From positions 8,676-72,675 of the forward strand of contig NZ_JAUSFI010000098.1 in assembly GCF_030651495.1 (NCBI RefSeq): a DNA stretch of 64,000 bases, written 5' to 3'. The position numbers were made by a program, and so were the translations under genes. Shown here in pieces: positions 11,504-21,371 of the stretch. The stretch's first letter is position 1; the number at the start of each line of letters is the position of its first letter. The notes below the pieces were generated by a model. The model was given only the letters and a program-made list of their open reading frames with translations. It was not told the origin of the DNA and ran no database searches. Origin of the DNA: Undibacterium sp. (GTDB lineage: Bacteria; Pseudomonadota; Gammaproteobacteria; Burkholderiales; Burkholderiaceae_D).

Positions 11504-12805
11504 TTATTTAGCAGTCGAATTTTTAGACTGCTCCTTATGGTAAGCAGCAACATCACTTATTTTTATCCCTTCTGGCACATGACGGTGTTTCGCATGACCC
11601 AAACGTTGTGAACGATAGATCCCTGTATGCCCGGAAAACAGGTAGCTCACGATACAAGCAATTGCCGCATAGACGCCAATTTCGGCACCAAATAACTCCA
11701 TTGCCATCAGGGTCGATGCGATCGGCGTATTGGCTGCTCCAGAGAATACGGCAACGAAACCTATCCCAGCGAGCAAAGGGAAGGGGAGATTAAGCAAAGG
11801 TGCGAGAGCATTACCTAACGTAGCGCCGATATAAAATAATGGCGTCACCTCTCCGCCTTTGAATCCAGAACCCAACGATGCGATAGTAAAAACCAATTTA
11901 GCCGCAAAATCATAGGGGGCGAGTGACTGTTGGAATGCCTCCACGATGGTCGGAATGCCGAGCCCAATGTAGCGATCAGCACCAAAAAACCATACCGCAG
12001 ACGCAATGATGATGCCTCCTAAAAGAGGGCGTAACGGGGCATAGCTGATACGATTTTTCATCCAGGAACTGAGACTATGCGTGGTATCCGCAAACACTTT
12101 CGCTGTTAATCCAAAAATGCCCCCGGCGATAATCATCGCAATTAACATCCATGCAGAAATAGGCGGCACGAATGGAACATCGTAGTGAGTATGGTGTACG
12201 CCTAACAGTAAGCCAATTTGATCTGCGACAATCGCCGCCACCATACAAGGCAACAGTGCGTCATAGCGCAAACGTCCTATAGCAAGTACCTCTAATCCAA
12301 AAATTGCGCCTGCCAATGGTGTTCCAAAAACAGAAGCAAAACCTGCACTAATCCCCGCCATTAAAATAATCCGGCGATCTTCATGCTTGAGTTTAAACAA
12401 GTGAGTAAGTTGGTCAGCTAGTGCTCCGCCCATCTGCACAGCAGTTCCCTCTCGACCTACTGACGCCCCAAATAAATGGGACAAGACTGTTCCACCAAGA
12501 ACTAAGGGAGCCATGCGTAAGGGAATGACCTTTTTTGGGTCATGAATTTCGTCAATCAGCAAATTATTTCCCGCCTCGACGTGTTGTCCAAAGCGAAGAT
12601 AAAGCCAACCGACCACAAAACCAGCCAACGGCAATAGCAAGATTAACTGTCGATGCGCAATACGCGTACTCGTCGCCCAGTCTAATGCAAGGAGGAAAAA
12701 AGTCGAGGCGGAACCCGCTAGAACGGCAACAATACTGGCAAGAAAAAGCCATTTTGCTAGGTAAGATAATAAATTGATTGATTCGGGACTTCTAGTGTTT
12801 TTCAT
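11504..12805 (-). CDS. CLC-F type fluoride/proton antiporter (EriC-F)
   Basis: Carries the CLC-F signature motifs GNNLL, GREGT and GEVTP; riboswitch-like leader upstream. Confidence 0.9.
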   Translation of the reverse strand: MKNTRSPESINLLSYLAKWLFLASIVAVLAGSASTFFLLALDWATSTRIAHRQLILLLPLAGFVVGWLYLRFGQHVEAGNNLLIDEIHDPKKVIPLRMAPLVLGGTVLSHLFGASVGREGTAVQMGGALADQLTHLFKLKHEDRRIILMAGISAGFASVFGTPLAGAIFGLEVLAIGRLRYDALLPCMVAAIVADQIGLLLGVHHTHYDVPFVPPISAWMLIAMIIAGGIFGLTAKVFADTTHSLSSWMKNRISYAPLRPLLGGIIIASAVWFFGADRYIGLGIPTIVEAFQQSLAPYDFAAKLVFTIASLGSGFKGGEVTPLFYIGATLGNALAPLLNLPFPLLAGIGFVAVFSGAANTPIASTLMAMELFGAEIGVYAAIACIVSYLFSGHTGIYRSQRLGHAKHRHVPEGIKISDVAAYHKEQSKNSTAK

Positions 12806-12895
12806 GCATGTCTAGTGGTTCAGTTAAGATAAACCCGGACAAGCTGGACGGAAATAGACAGGTGCCTACGCGATCCCGCTAGTTCAGGAATGAAT

Positions 12896-12942
12896 GCAGG
12901 CATTATCATCCTTGAAGGCGGTTAAAGAAGCAATCCATCGCT
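12896..12942 (-). ncRNA. fluoride (crcB) riboswitch, degenerate
   Basis: Minus strand reads AGCGATGGATTGCTTCTTTAACCGCCTTCAAGGATGATAATGCCTGC, resembling the GAUGG...AACCGC...UGAUNAUGCCU consensus, about 90 nt upstream of the CLC-F gene. Confidence 0.65.
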
Positions 12943-13115
12943 AAAATTCTAACAGGTAAAGTTTTAAAAAACGACTGTTTAAAGTGCAATCGATTACTTC
13001 ATTACGCCGCAGTTGATTCAGAAGGGGCATCTTGGGCGTTGCATCAAAAGCTAAAGGATTTTGAATTTTTGGAAGGAACAAATACTTTTATGACACATGC
13101 CGATAGAACTCTTAA

Positions 13116-13143
13116 ATTTCGCATAATTTATATTATGTCAAAT
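13116..13143 (+). other. dif site (XerC/XerD chromosome dimer resolution site)
   Basis: ATTTCGCATAA-TTTATA-TTATGTCAAAT versus E. coli GGTGCGCATAA-TGTATA-TTATGTTAAAT; intergenic, at the core/accessory boundary. Confidence 0.85.
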
Positions 13144-13174
13144 GAAAACGCTAATAATACATGAGCCTCACGGC

Positions 13175-13450
13175 TAACGTAAACGTTCGGCGAAGTAAAA
13201 GTAGTCACTTAGTGGAAGTAAATGTGGAACTTGCCGAATAAAATGAAGTAAATCTAATACTCTTACTGCGATAAGTATTTGAATTTAATGATCTTTTCAC
13301 GTTTGCTACGACAGAAACGCGCTAACGTAAAACTTTGAACGCTACCTACCTAATGCTTTGGACTAATCATCATTTTGCGATTTTAACGATTAGTCCAAAG
13401 CATTACGTGATGCCATCAGTCAATTTCAATCAGTCCAAACCATTACGTTA
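13175..13450. repeat. left cluster of 18-bp motif GTCYNAANNWTTACGTTA (5 copies)
   Basis: Copies at 13175(-, degenerate), 13323(-), 13346(-), 13393(+) and 13433(+). Confidence 0.8.
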
Positions 13451-13536
13451 ATCTGAATGCTTTAATGTAAAAGTATCCGGTTGAAAACATCGCTCTTGCT
13501 ACTCATTATTCTGTTTTTCTTCGCTTGGCTCGAGTA
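13351..13536 (+). repeat. 186-bp direct repeat, copy 1 (copy 2 at 42356-42541)
   Basis: Aligns at a constant offset of 29005 at both ends; includes the 3' end of the KfrA-like gene. Confidence 0.92.
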
Positions 13537-14558
13537 GCCGGTTGAATAGTCGCCGCATGTTTTGCGGCTCCTAATTCGCATTCATGCAGCTTGCGAAGAA
13601 GCAAGTCTCTCTCTACCGCCGAGCCTGCCAAGGCATGAGTGTTGTTGGAAATCTGAATTTTTAACTCCATTAGTTCGCGATTGACAATCTCGCGGGCTTC
13701 AGAGGCGGCTTGAATCGCACCTTCTAAATTGCCTATTGTTTGCCTCAGGTTGGCCACCTGGGACTGATGCTCATTGGATTCAGCGTGATGCACGTCGACC
13801 TTCAGTTTGTATTCAACGTGCGCTGATTCGAGTGCTTTCTGAAGCCGAATATTAGCGGTACGCTCCCGATCGATTTCTAGAAGCGCCCGCCTCTGTCCAG
13901 CATCAAGTCTGTCTTCACTTAGTTTTGCTGAGGCACGCAGTTTTTCCAGCTCCAAGACCAACTCACGGCGAGCCTCATCTAGTCTCGCCTGATTTACCAA
14001 GACTTCATTTCTTGACTCCTGCAATTGTGATTCGAGTGCTGAATTCGTCGATGTTAAGGCCGTAATCTCGTGTTTGAGTCCGTCACATTCAGCGCGCGTT
14101 AGCCTTAGTTCTTCTTGGATGCCAACAAGCGTTGTTGTTGCTTGGTCATGGGCAATAACCGCCAATTTGGCACGGTCATTTGCCTGGTTAACTTGCAATA
14201 ACGCATCATCTTTCATTGAGGCCAGGGTTTCTTGAGCGGCCTTTTGGGCAACTGACCACAACGTGGCAACGAGATCTCCTGCTGCGTTTTTCAAGGCTTC
14301 CGGTAAATCCGGATGACTGACAGTCACCCTGCTTTTATCCCGCAGATTTTCCCAAAAACGATTTAGCGCTTCCGCAGGTGCCGACATGCTGCCTTTTCGC
14401 ACCAGTTGGTATAACTTATTGGCTGTCGGTGTCATTCCATAACGGAAGAACATAGCCATACACACTTCACGATACAGATCCTGCGTCAGTGGGAATTGAT
14501 TACGAAGCGCGTCGATGTCCGCCAAGAGCATGCGTTCATTCTGTTCAAGAGTATCCAT
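13506..14558 (-). CDS. KfrA_N-domain DNA-binding coiled-coil protein (TnpT-like recombinase partner)
   Basis: N-terminal FFRYGMTPTANKLYQLVRKGSMS...LNRFW..LR...LPEAL followed by a long heptad-rich helix; start could be 14558 or 14570. Confidence 0.8.
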   Translation of the reverse strand: MDTLEQNERMLLADIDALRNQFPLTQDLYREVCMAMFFRYGMTPTANKLYQLVRKGSMSAPAEALNRFWENLRDKSRVTVSHPDLPEALKNAAGDLVATLWSVAQKAAQETLASMKDDALLQVNQANDRAKLAVIAHDQATTTLVGIQEELRLTRAECDGLKHEITALTSTNSALESQLQESRNEVLVNQARLDEARRELVLELEKLRASAKLSEDRLDAGQRRALLEIDRERTANIRLQKALESAHVEYKLKVDVHHAESNEHQSQVANLRQTIGNLEGAIQAASEAREIVNRELMELKIQISNNTHALAGSAVERDLLLRKLHECELGAAKHAATIQPATRAKRRKTE

Positions 14559-14587
14559 ATATTCATCCATTGAAATTATGAATTGAT

Positions 14588-14610
14588 AATACAACGTATT
14601 ACGTTGTATT
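14588..14610. promoter_or_regulatory. perfect palindrome upstream of the KfrA-like gene
   Basis: AATACAACGTA-T-TACGTTGTATT; contains the ATTACGTT core of the 18-bp end motif. Confidence 0.6.
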
Positions 14611-14630
14611 TCTAACTGTTAGATCAATAA

Positions 14631-14658
14631 ATATGACATTACTCTTATAATGTCGATT
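14631..14658 (+). other. putative tyrosine-recombinase core site 1 (11-6-11)
   Basis: ATATGACATTA-CTCTTA-TAATGTCGATT; GACATTA/TAATGTC inverted arms around a 6-bp spacer. Confidence 0.65.
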
Positions 14659-14821
14659 ATTATTGATAATATTGAATATTCAACGATTTTCATTGCTTGA
14701 AAATTTCCTCGGTAATGGTTTTCCTGTTAATTTGTTAAACAAGTCTAAATTAGCTGAGGAACTGCCAAAGTGTGGCTACTCAAAAAATAGCATGGGCGGA
14801 TACTTATGCATAAATATGCAT

Positions 14822-17074
14822 TTATGCACTTAGCCCCCACCACTCAGGCAATAGTCGCTGAATTTGCGGCTGTGCAAACCGATCATCAATTAAATAAATC
14901 ACCCCTTTATCTGAAGTGGTTCGAATCACGCGTCCCGCCGCCTGGACGACTTTCTGTATGCCTGGGTAGAGATACGTGTAGTCATACCCCGCGCCAAAGT
15001 GTTGATGCATTCGTTGTTTGACTTGTTCATTGACTGGATTTATTTGAGGCAGTCCAAGGGTCGCAATAAAGGCACCAATCAAACGCGCACCAGGTAAATC
15101 AATTCCTTCACCAAATGCACCGCCAAGTACGGCAAAGCCTATGCCCTCACTTATGTCGGTGAAATTTGCTAAAAACTGGTTGCGCGCATCCTCATTCATG
15201 CCTCGTGTTTGTCGCCAAACTCGAATGGAGGGAAACCGTTCTTGAAACAGGCTTGCAACTTGATCCATATAGTCGAAGCTACTAAAGAATGCGAGGTAAT
15301 TTCCAGGCGCGTTTTTGTATTGTGTCGCCATCAGTTCGACAATCGGCGCTAGGGACTGGTTGCGATCTGAATAACGAGTCGATATTTGGCCAACGACATT
15401 GACCGACAACTGTTCTGCATTGAATGGTGACTCAACGTTTATCCATGCAGTGTTATCAGGCATGCCTAGCAAATCATTATAGTAATTCCATGGGCTCAAT
15501 GTCGCCGAGAACAACGCACTGGTGTGACTTGCCTTAAACCGAGGTTTAAGAAATGAAGCGGGAACAATGTTTCGAATACAAAGTAATGAGTCACCGTTGT
15601 TAGTGCTGATATCAAAAATCGAATGATCGTCAAAACTTTCAATTAAGCGATTAAACAAGGAGACATCGAAGAAGAATTCTTGAAGATCGGAATCGATTGT
15701 GGCGGCACTTTCAGCGACAAAGATGGCCAAATCGGCATTGAGCGTCTCTAGCGCTTTACTCAATTTTTCTGGGACTGTTGCATGAACGACGTAATCACTC
15801 CCTAGCATTTTTTCTATTTGTAACCATTGCCGATGAAGCCGATCGAGTGATTTTTTTAGACTACTCGGTGCATGCTTACGTATCGCCTTCAAGTGCCGGT
15901 GACTCAGTTCTGCGCTATACATGGCGCGCGCTCTGGACACCATATTGTGCGCTTCATCGACGAGCACACCGATCTTCCAGTCATTATTGATGGCAAGCGC
16001 GTACAACATGGCGTTGAGGTCAAAGTAGTAGTTATAGTCACCGACAATGACGTCAGTCCACTTTACCATCTCGGTACTGAGGTAATACGGACAGACCTGA
16101 TGTTCTATTGCCACGCTGCGCAAGCGTTCCTGATCGAGTATTGGCACTTGGAGGGCGGCAATGCGTGCAGCCGGCAGTCGATCATAGAATCCTTTTGCTA
16201 AGGGACAAGACTCGCCATGACAGGCATTTTCTGGAAACTCACATGCCTTGGTTTTGGCAACGAGTTCCAAAGTACGCAATGTGGTATTTGGAAGTTGTTT
16301 TTGCAGTATCTGGACGGCATCAAGTGCAAGCTGACGCCCAGAAGTTTTTGCCGCCAAGAAGAAAATTTTATCGAGTTGATGTTCAGCGCTGGCTTTAAGC
16401 ATCGGGAATAAACTACCAATCGTCTTACCGATACCAGTTGGTGCTTGTGCCAATAAACAGCATGCTCGATTACTCGCTTTATACATCGCTTCAGCCAGTT
16501 GTCGCTGCCCTGCCCTGAAATCCGGATAGGGAAAACGCATGGCTTTTAGGGCCGAGTCTCGTTGCTGCCGATGATCGATTTCTTGTTTGGCCCATTGAAG
16601 GAATTGCTCACAGAGTTGATTGTAGAAACTCGCCAACGCTTGCGCCGACTGAATCTCAATTAGTGCGGTTTCTTTTTGGGTATCCACATCGAAGTAGATC
16701 AAGGCGACATTGAGAGTGGCGAGTTCGAACTTTTGGCAGAGAAGATGGGCATAGACTCTTGCTTGCGCCCAGTGCAGTTGGCGGCGGTTGTCTGGCATTG
16801 CGAGGAGATTGCCACGATAAGTCTTAATCTCTTCGAGCTGTTGCTTCTCAGGGTCATAGCCGTCTGCACGTCCTTTGATGTGCAATTGAGCATAACGTCC
16901 TTCCAGTCGCACTTCGCGCTGATAGATTGCTGATCTGCGCAATGTCACTTGCGTATGCCCATCAATGCCTTCTTGTGCGGATGGTGATGGAGTAAATCTG
17001 AGATCAAGATCACCTTGCTTCGCAGTGAATTCACATAAAGCACGAACACCAACCTGGTAGTTAGCGAGGCTCAT
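14822..17074 (-). CDS. DinG/Rad3(XPD)-like ATP-dependent DNA helicase with N-terminal PD-(D/E)xK-like domain
   Basis: QAPTGIGKT, Fe-S cysteines (C..C...CP, CPY), VDEAH, SATL and QAAGRVIR motifs; N-terminal GRADG...EEIK. Confidence 0.93.
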   Translation of the reverse strand: MSLANYQVGVRALCEFTAKQGDLDLRFTPSPSAQEGIDGHTQVTLRRSAIYQREVRLEGRYAQLHIKGRADGYDPEKQQLEEIKTYRGNLLAMPDNRRQLHWAQARVYAHLLCQKFELATLNVALIYFDVDTQKETALIEIQSAQALASFYNQLCEQFLQWAKQEIDHRQQRDSALKAMRFPYPDFRAGQRQLAEAMYKASNRACCLLAQAPTGIGKTIGSLFPMLKASAEHQLDKIFFLAAKTSGRQLALDAVQILQKQLPNTTLRTLELVAKTKACEFPENACHGESCPLAKGFYDRLPAARIAALQVPILDQERLRSVAIEHQVCPYYLSTEMVKWTDVIVGDYNYYFDLNAMLYALAINNDWKIGVLVDEAHNMVSRARAMYSAELSHRHLKAIRKHAPSSLKKSLDRLHRQWLQIEKMLGSDYVVHATVPEKLSKALETLNADLAIFVAESAATIDSDLQEFFFDVSLFNRLIESFDDHSIFDISTNNGDSLLCIRNIVPASFLKPRFKASHTSALFSATLSPWNYYNDLLGMPDNTAWINVESPFNAEQLSVNVVGQISTRYSDRNQSLAPIVELMATQYKNAPGNYLAFFSSFDYMDQVASLFQERFPSIRVWRQTRGMNEDARNQFLANFTDISEGIGFAVLGGAFGEGIDLPGARLIGAFIATLGLPQINPVNEQVKQRMHQHFGAGYDYTYLYPGIQKVVQAAGRVIRTTSDKGVIYLIDDRFAQPQIQRLLPEWWGLSA

Positions 17075-18723
17075 CGGTCAACCTCTCGCCACTCCAGGTA
17101 GCACACTGAGATGGGCAATTCATGCAGCGCGCAAAAATCGATGAGGCGTTTTTGATTGTCTTGAAGCCGGTCACCCGGACCTTTAACTTCGATCATCGTG
17201 TAACGTTTTTCTTGCGGCCAGAACTGGATCAAATCGGGAAAACCATTTCTATTACTATTGATGTCAGAGAGAATGCGTTGAAACCAGAGACGCAGATGCT
17301 GCGCCGGGATACATCTCAACGCTAAGTCGAGTAAATCTGCATCCAAGTTATTCCAGTAGACGAACGGAGATTGGATTCCCCGCTTAGTTTGATAGGTCTC
17401 GCGTATTGTAGCGAGGTAATCATCAGAGTCGAGTTGTTCCATGCAGATTGCAAAATCATCTTGCCGACGCTGATGAAAATCGGCGCTGGTCAAATCGACA
17501 GGACCACGGTGAAAAGGATGGAAGAACGCGCCAGGAACCGGTTTAAAGATCGCCGGCCAACAAAGCAATCCGAACAAAGAGTTGATCAATGTGTTTTCAA
17601 CATAGTACACAGGCGCGTCGTTTTGGTGAAGATGGTTTTTGACGACGCCTTCAACGTAAAACGAAGCATCTGGAAAAGGGAGTGCTAATTCGAAGCTAAT
17701 TACTGGCACCTTCGTTGTTACGGGTTTATTGACATTGCCAAGCTTGCGATTGAGACGTGGAGCACTACGTTGCAGTTGCTGATATTCTGCATCATTCTCT
17801 GGTGCCAACAATGCCTCGTTTAAGAGTTTCAGCGCGGCGACGCTCTGCCCTGTCTTTTCTAATACGCGAATGGTGCGCAATCTCGATCCAGGATAAGCGC
17901 TCATGCGATAGATCATGAGCGCTTGGTCCCAGTCTTTTTGTTTTTCGCAATGCTGTCCCATCCGAAATAAGAGCTTGTGCCGTCGGCCATTGATCCATTC
18001 ATTGTCGCTCACTATTTTGGATAGCTCAGCTAGCACCAATTCAATCGGCTCAGCATCGTCGAATAGCTCGCGACAAACTTGCACAGCAATATAATGATCA
18101 AGATCGCGTCGCGTCTGGAAGCCTCGCGATTCTAATGAGAACGGAATCGCTTCATATTGATAAATACCCAGGTCGGACAAAACAAACTCTGACCAATCTT
18201 GATGCCAGTTGCCAAAGAACAGAAGTCGCAAACGATCGCACAGAGATTTATGTTGAATATGGACCACCCTATCGACCGAGGCAGGGTGCCAAGCGGAGAA
18301 AGGTTTGGATGTATCAAACCTATTTCTAAGGCAGTCGAGTTGTTCTGTTTTTTTGAGATTCTTTTCTACTCCAGTAAGTGAGAACGCAATGACGATTTCA
18401 GGTTTTTGTAAGAGATCAAAAAGTTGATCTAAGCTTAATGGCGGATCCGGCACAATCCATCCCGCTTTGATCAAAGACGAAATTGCCTCACTGGTATCGG
18501 CAATTTCAGCGTAGCTAAGTTTGCTTTCTCGGAAGTAGTCCCCTTTACGCATCACCATGCGGACAAACAAAGCGCGGGAGGCTTGCTGCAAACTAAAAAA
18601 ATCGTTAATGAAGCAACGCTCTTCGGGTATCAGCAGATCATCGTATCGTTCGCGCACCCAATCCAGTACTAGTTGGAAGTTGTCCAGGTAGTACAGTGGG
18701 TTCGGCAATACTCGGTTCATCAC
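17071..18723 (-). CDS. VRR-NUC domain nuclease (bacterial FAN1-like)
   Basis: C-terminal GFPDL...IEVKGPGDRLQDNQ; N-terminal YYL.NF; overlaps both neighbours by 4 nt. Confidence 0.92.
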   Translation of the reverse strand: MMNRVLPNPLYYLDNFQLVLDWVRERYDDLLIPEERCFINDFFSLQQASRALFVRMVMRKGDYFRESKLSYAEIADTSEAISSLIKAGWIVPDPPLSLDQLFDLLQKPEIVIAFSLTGVEKNLKKTEQLDCLRNRFDTSKPFSAWHPASVDRVVHIQHKSLCDRLRLLFFGNWHQDWSEFVLSDLGIYQYEAIPFSLESRGFQTRRDLDHYIAVQVCRELFDDAEPIELVLAELSKIVSDNEWINGRRHKLLFRMGQHCEKQKDWDQALMIYRMSAYPGSRLRTIRVLEKTGQSVAALKLLNEALLAPENDAEYQQLQRSAPRLNRKLGNVNKPVTTKVPVISFELALPFPDASFYVEGVVKNHLHQNDAPVYYVENTLINSLFGLLCWPAIFKPVPGAFFHPFHRGPVDLTSADFHQRRQDDFAICMEQLDSDDYLATIRETYQTKRGIQSPFVYWNNLDADLLDLALRCIPAQHLRLWFQRILSDINSNRNGFPDLIQFWPQEKRYTMIEVKGPGDRLQDNQKRLIDFCALHELPISVCYLEWREVDR

Positions 18724-19424
18724 GGACAGGCTTTGCTATTAACTACCAGTAACGGCGTAATTAAGTCCACGGAATCGTTCGCCACTCGATTCACCTCCGT
18801 TGATACGCACCAAGCCTGCATTTGATTCGCGTCATAAGGCTTGATTAATGGCGTTATCGTAGAGGTTACCAATGGCTCCGGCGTCAGCCATAGATCCCAA
18901 TCCTTCTTAGCCAAAATGACTGGCATACGATCATGAATCGGCGATACCAGAGCATTGGCGTCAATTGTCAGAATAGTGCAAGTTTCTAAAAACTGGCCAC
19001 TTTCTCCATCAGGCAATTTACTAGTTTCCCAGATAGCCGCTAAAGCCATTGGCGACTTGTCTTTAAAAGAAATGTAAAAAGGTTGTTTGGTCTTTTGACC
19101 TGGTATCGTTTGCCATTCATAAAAACCAGATATAGGAATGATGCAGCGACGTCGATGGACTGCTTGTTTGAACATGGGCTTCTCCATGACCGTCTCACCA
19201 CGCGCATTATTAAGCATAGGGAGTTTATTGGCGTCGCTAACCCACGGTGGCACCAAGCCCCAACGCATCATTGAACCAACGCGACCATCCTTGGTATCGC
19301 GCACCGTCATTATCTTAGTTGATGGCGCAACGTTATAGCGCGCCAAGAAGTCAGGCATCGTCGTGATATGCATCCAGTCTTGAAGAACTGGCTTAGGGTG
19401 CGCTAAAGCAAAACGTCCACACAT
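18720..19424 (-). CDS. SOS response-associated peptidase (SRAP/YedK/HMCES family)
   Basis: MCGRF N-terminus; RYNVAP, WGLVP, NARGET, GFYEW and IHDRMPVIL motifs. Confidence 0.95.
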   Translation of the reverse strand: MCGRFALAHPKPVLQDWMHITTMPDFLARYNVAPSTKIMTVRDTKDGRVGSMMRWGLVPPWVSDANKLPMLNNARGETVMEKPMFKQAVHRRRCIIPISGFYEWQTIPGQKTKQPFYISFKDKSPMALAAIWETSKLPDGESGQFLETCTILTIDANALVSPIHDRMPVILAKKDWDLWLTPEPLVTSTITPLIKPYDANQMQAWCVSTEVNRVANDSVDLITPLLVVNSKACP

Positions 19425-19473
19425 CGGGTTGATCCTTTATTTAAAAGTCTTGCGCTGCCAATTCCGTGGATTA

Positions 19474-19493
19474 TACTGTATATTTAATCAGTA
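19474..19493. promoter_or_regulatory. LexA (SOS) box
   Basis: TACTG-TATATTTAAT-CAGTA matches CTG-N10-CAG; lies between the divergent SRAP and umuD genes. Confidence 0.88.
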
Positions 19494-19552
19494 TTAAATT
19501 AACCCGCGGCAAGACCAATTGCTTGCATGAACATAGGCAGCATACCCGTAAG

Positions 19553-20035
19553 ATGAACACCGTCATTCCATTTCCTCGCTCGGCAGAGCTAATCATGCCC
19601 ACGTTAATCCAAGTTCCTCAGTCGATTGCCGCGATGCCCGTGCGTGTGGGCATACCTTTGTTTGTACAAAAAGTACCTGCAGGCTTTCCATCACCGGCAG
19701 ACGACTATATAGAAGAAAGTCTGGACCTAAACAGCTACATGATCCGGCATAAAGCCTCTACCTTTGTATTTACGGTTCAAGGTGACTCCATGATAGGTGT
19801 TGGCATCTTTGACGGTGACAAGCTTGTTGTCGATCGGGCGGTAGAACCGCGCCATCAGCATATTGTGGTCGCGGTCATCAACAATGACTACACAGTAAAG
19901 ACTCTTTTTAAGTGGCGTGGCGTCATTGAACTACGTGCCGAGAACCCAACCTATCGACCTATCCGTTTCAAAGATACCGATGAATTACAAATCTGGGGTG
20001 TCGTGGTGGGCGTCCTGCGTCGCTTTAAAGTCTGA
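19553..20035 (+). CDS. umuD: UmuD-like S24 peptidase (Pol V accessory subunit)
   Basis: VPAGFPSPADDY cleavage region, GDSM catalytic Ser and TVK catalytic Lys; start set at ATG 19553. Confidence 0.92.
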   Translation: MNTVIPFPRSAELIMPTLIQVPQSIAAMPVRVGIPLFVQKVPAGFPSPADDYIEESLDLNSYMIRHKASTFVFTVQGDSMIGVGIFDGDKLVVDRAVEPRHQHIVVAVINNDYTVKTLFKWRGVIELRAENPTYRPIRFKDTDELQIWGVVVGVLRRFKV

Positions 20036-20039
20036 CGTC

Positions 20040-21371
20040 ATGACTCATTCATCTCAAGCTACAGACGGCCTCAGTGCCAATAAGCAGGTCTTTGCCCTGG
20101 TGGACTGCAATAATTTTTATGTTTCATGTGAACGGGTATTTAATCCGCGGCTAGCCAATATACCGGTGGTGGTTTTATCAAACAATGATGGTTGTGCGGT
20201 TGCACGCTCAAATGAAGTCAAGGCGCTTGGCGTCAAGATGGGCATGCCATGGTTCATGATGAAAGACCTGGCTAAGGAACATGGAATCATTGCCTTGTCT
20301 TCCAATTACACGCTCTATGGTGATATGTCGAACCGTGTCGCCACGATCTTGCGTGACTATAGCCCTGAGACTGAAGTGTATTCAATAGACGAATCCTTCC
20401 TTCGTCTGAATGGCCTGCAAGGGTTGTGGGATTCGTCAACGGCCATGGGACAGCATATACGCCATCGGGTATTGCAATGGACCGGTTTACCCGTATGTGT
20501 CGGTGTCGCCTCATCAAAAACACTCGCAAAGCTGGCTAATCATGTTGCAAAAAAATGGCCCGAGTTTAATAGCGTATGTGACTTCAATGCCATACCAGAA
20601 CCTGAACTGGATAAACTGTTCGCAAGTCTAGCCGTTGGCGAAGTATGGGGTGTCGGAGGACGCATAGGCACGCGTTTGAGAGAAATGGGCATAACAACCG
20701 TCATGGCCCTCAGGGATACCCCTACTGCCCTATTACGGGCGCATTTCGGCGTAGTGATGGAACGTACTGGGAATGAGTTGCGGGGCATATCCTGTCTGGA
20801 CATGGAGGATGTCATCTCGCAAAAGAAGCAAATCGTTTCCTCGCGATCATTTGGCCAATTAGTGCTCACCATCGACGAACTAAATGAAGCTGCGGCTAGT
20901 TACATGACCCGCGCGGCAGAAAAGCTGCGCCGACAAAATTCAGTCTGTGCTGCGATCCATGTCGCTGTCAGAACCAATCCTTTTCGTAGCCAGGATAAAC
21001 AGTACAACAACGGCATCGTGATTCCGTTACCGGAACCAACGGACGACACTCGAACACTGATCAGCGCCGCGTTATTTGGGTTGGAGAAGATCTACCGGCC
21101 AGGTTACTGGTATAAAAAAGTCGGAGTGATGTTATTGGATTTATCTAATGCTGGGCAAACACAGGGCGCATTGTTTGATCCAAATGGTGATCAAGCCAAA
21201 CGATCTGCAAAGTTGATGAAGACTATGGACTCAATTAACAGAGAACTTGGGGGGAATTCACTCAGTATCGCGTCTTGTGGCATTCAGAAGCGCTGGAATA
21301 TGCGGACAGAGAAAAAGTCGCCGAAATATACGACTTGCTGGGATGAGACGCCGTTGGCTTTGGCAAGGTAA
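20040..21371 (+). CDS. umuC: Y-family DNA polymerase V subunit
   Basis: LVDCNNFYVSCE, SNNDGC, YSIDE, SSRSFG and SPKYTT.W motifs; start set at ATG 20040. Confidence 0.95.
   Translation: MTHSSQATDGLSANKQVFALVDCNNFYVSCERVFNPRLANIPVVVLSNNDGCAVARSNEVKALGVKMGMPWFMMKDLAKEHGIIALSSNYTLYGDMSNRVATILRDYSPETEVYSIDESFLRLNGLQGLWDSSTAMGQHIRHRVLQWTGLPVCVGVASSKTLAKLANHVAKKWPEFNSVCDFNAIPEPELDKLFASLAVGEVWGVGGRIGTRLREMGITTVMALRDTPTALLRAHFGVVMERTGNELRGISCLDMEDVISQKKQIVSSRSFGQLVLTIDELNEAAASYMTRAAEKLRRQNSVCAAIHVAVRTNPFRSQDKQYNNGIVIPLPEPTDDTRTLISAALFGLEKIYRPGYWYKKVGVMLLDLSNAGQTQGALFDPNGDQAKRSAKLMKTMDSINRELGGNSLSIASCGIQKRWNMRTEKKSPKYTTCWDETPLALAR

Noticed and set aside
14631-14658. Cargo sites read simply as sigma70 promoters (ATGACA...TATAAT)
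   Set aside because: The two hexamers are only 7 bp apart; the TATAAT may still serve as a -10 box.
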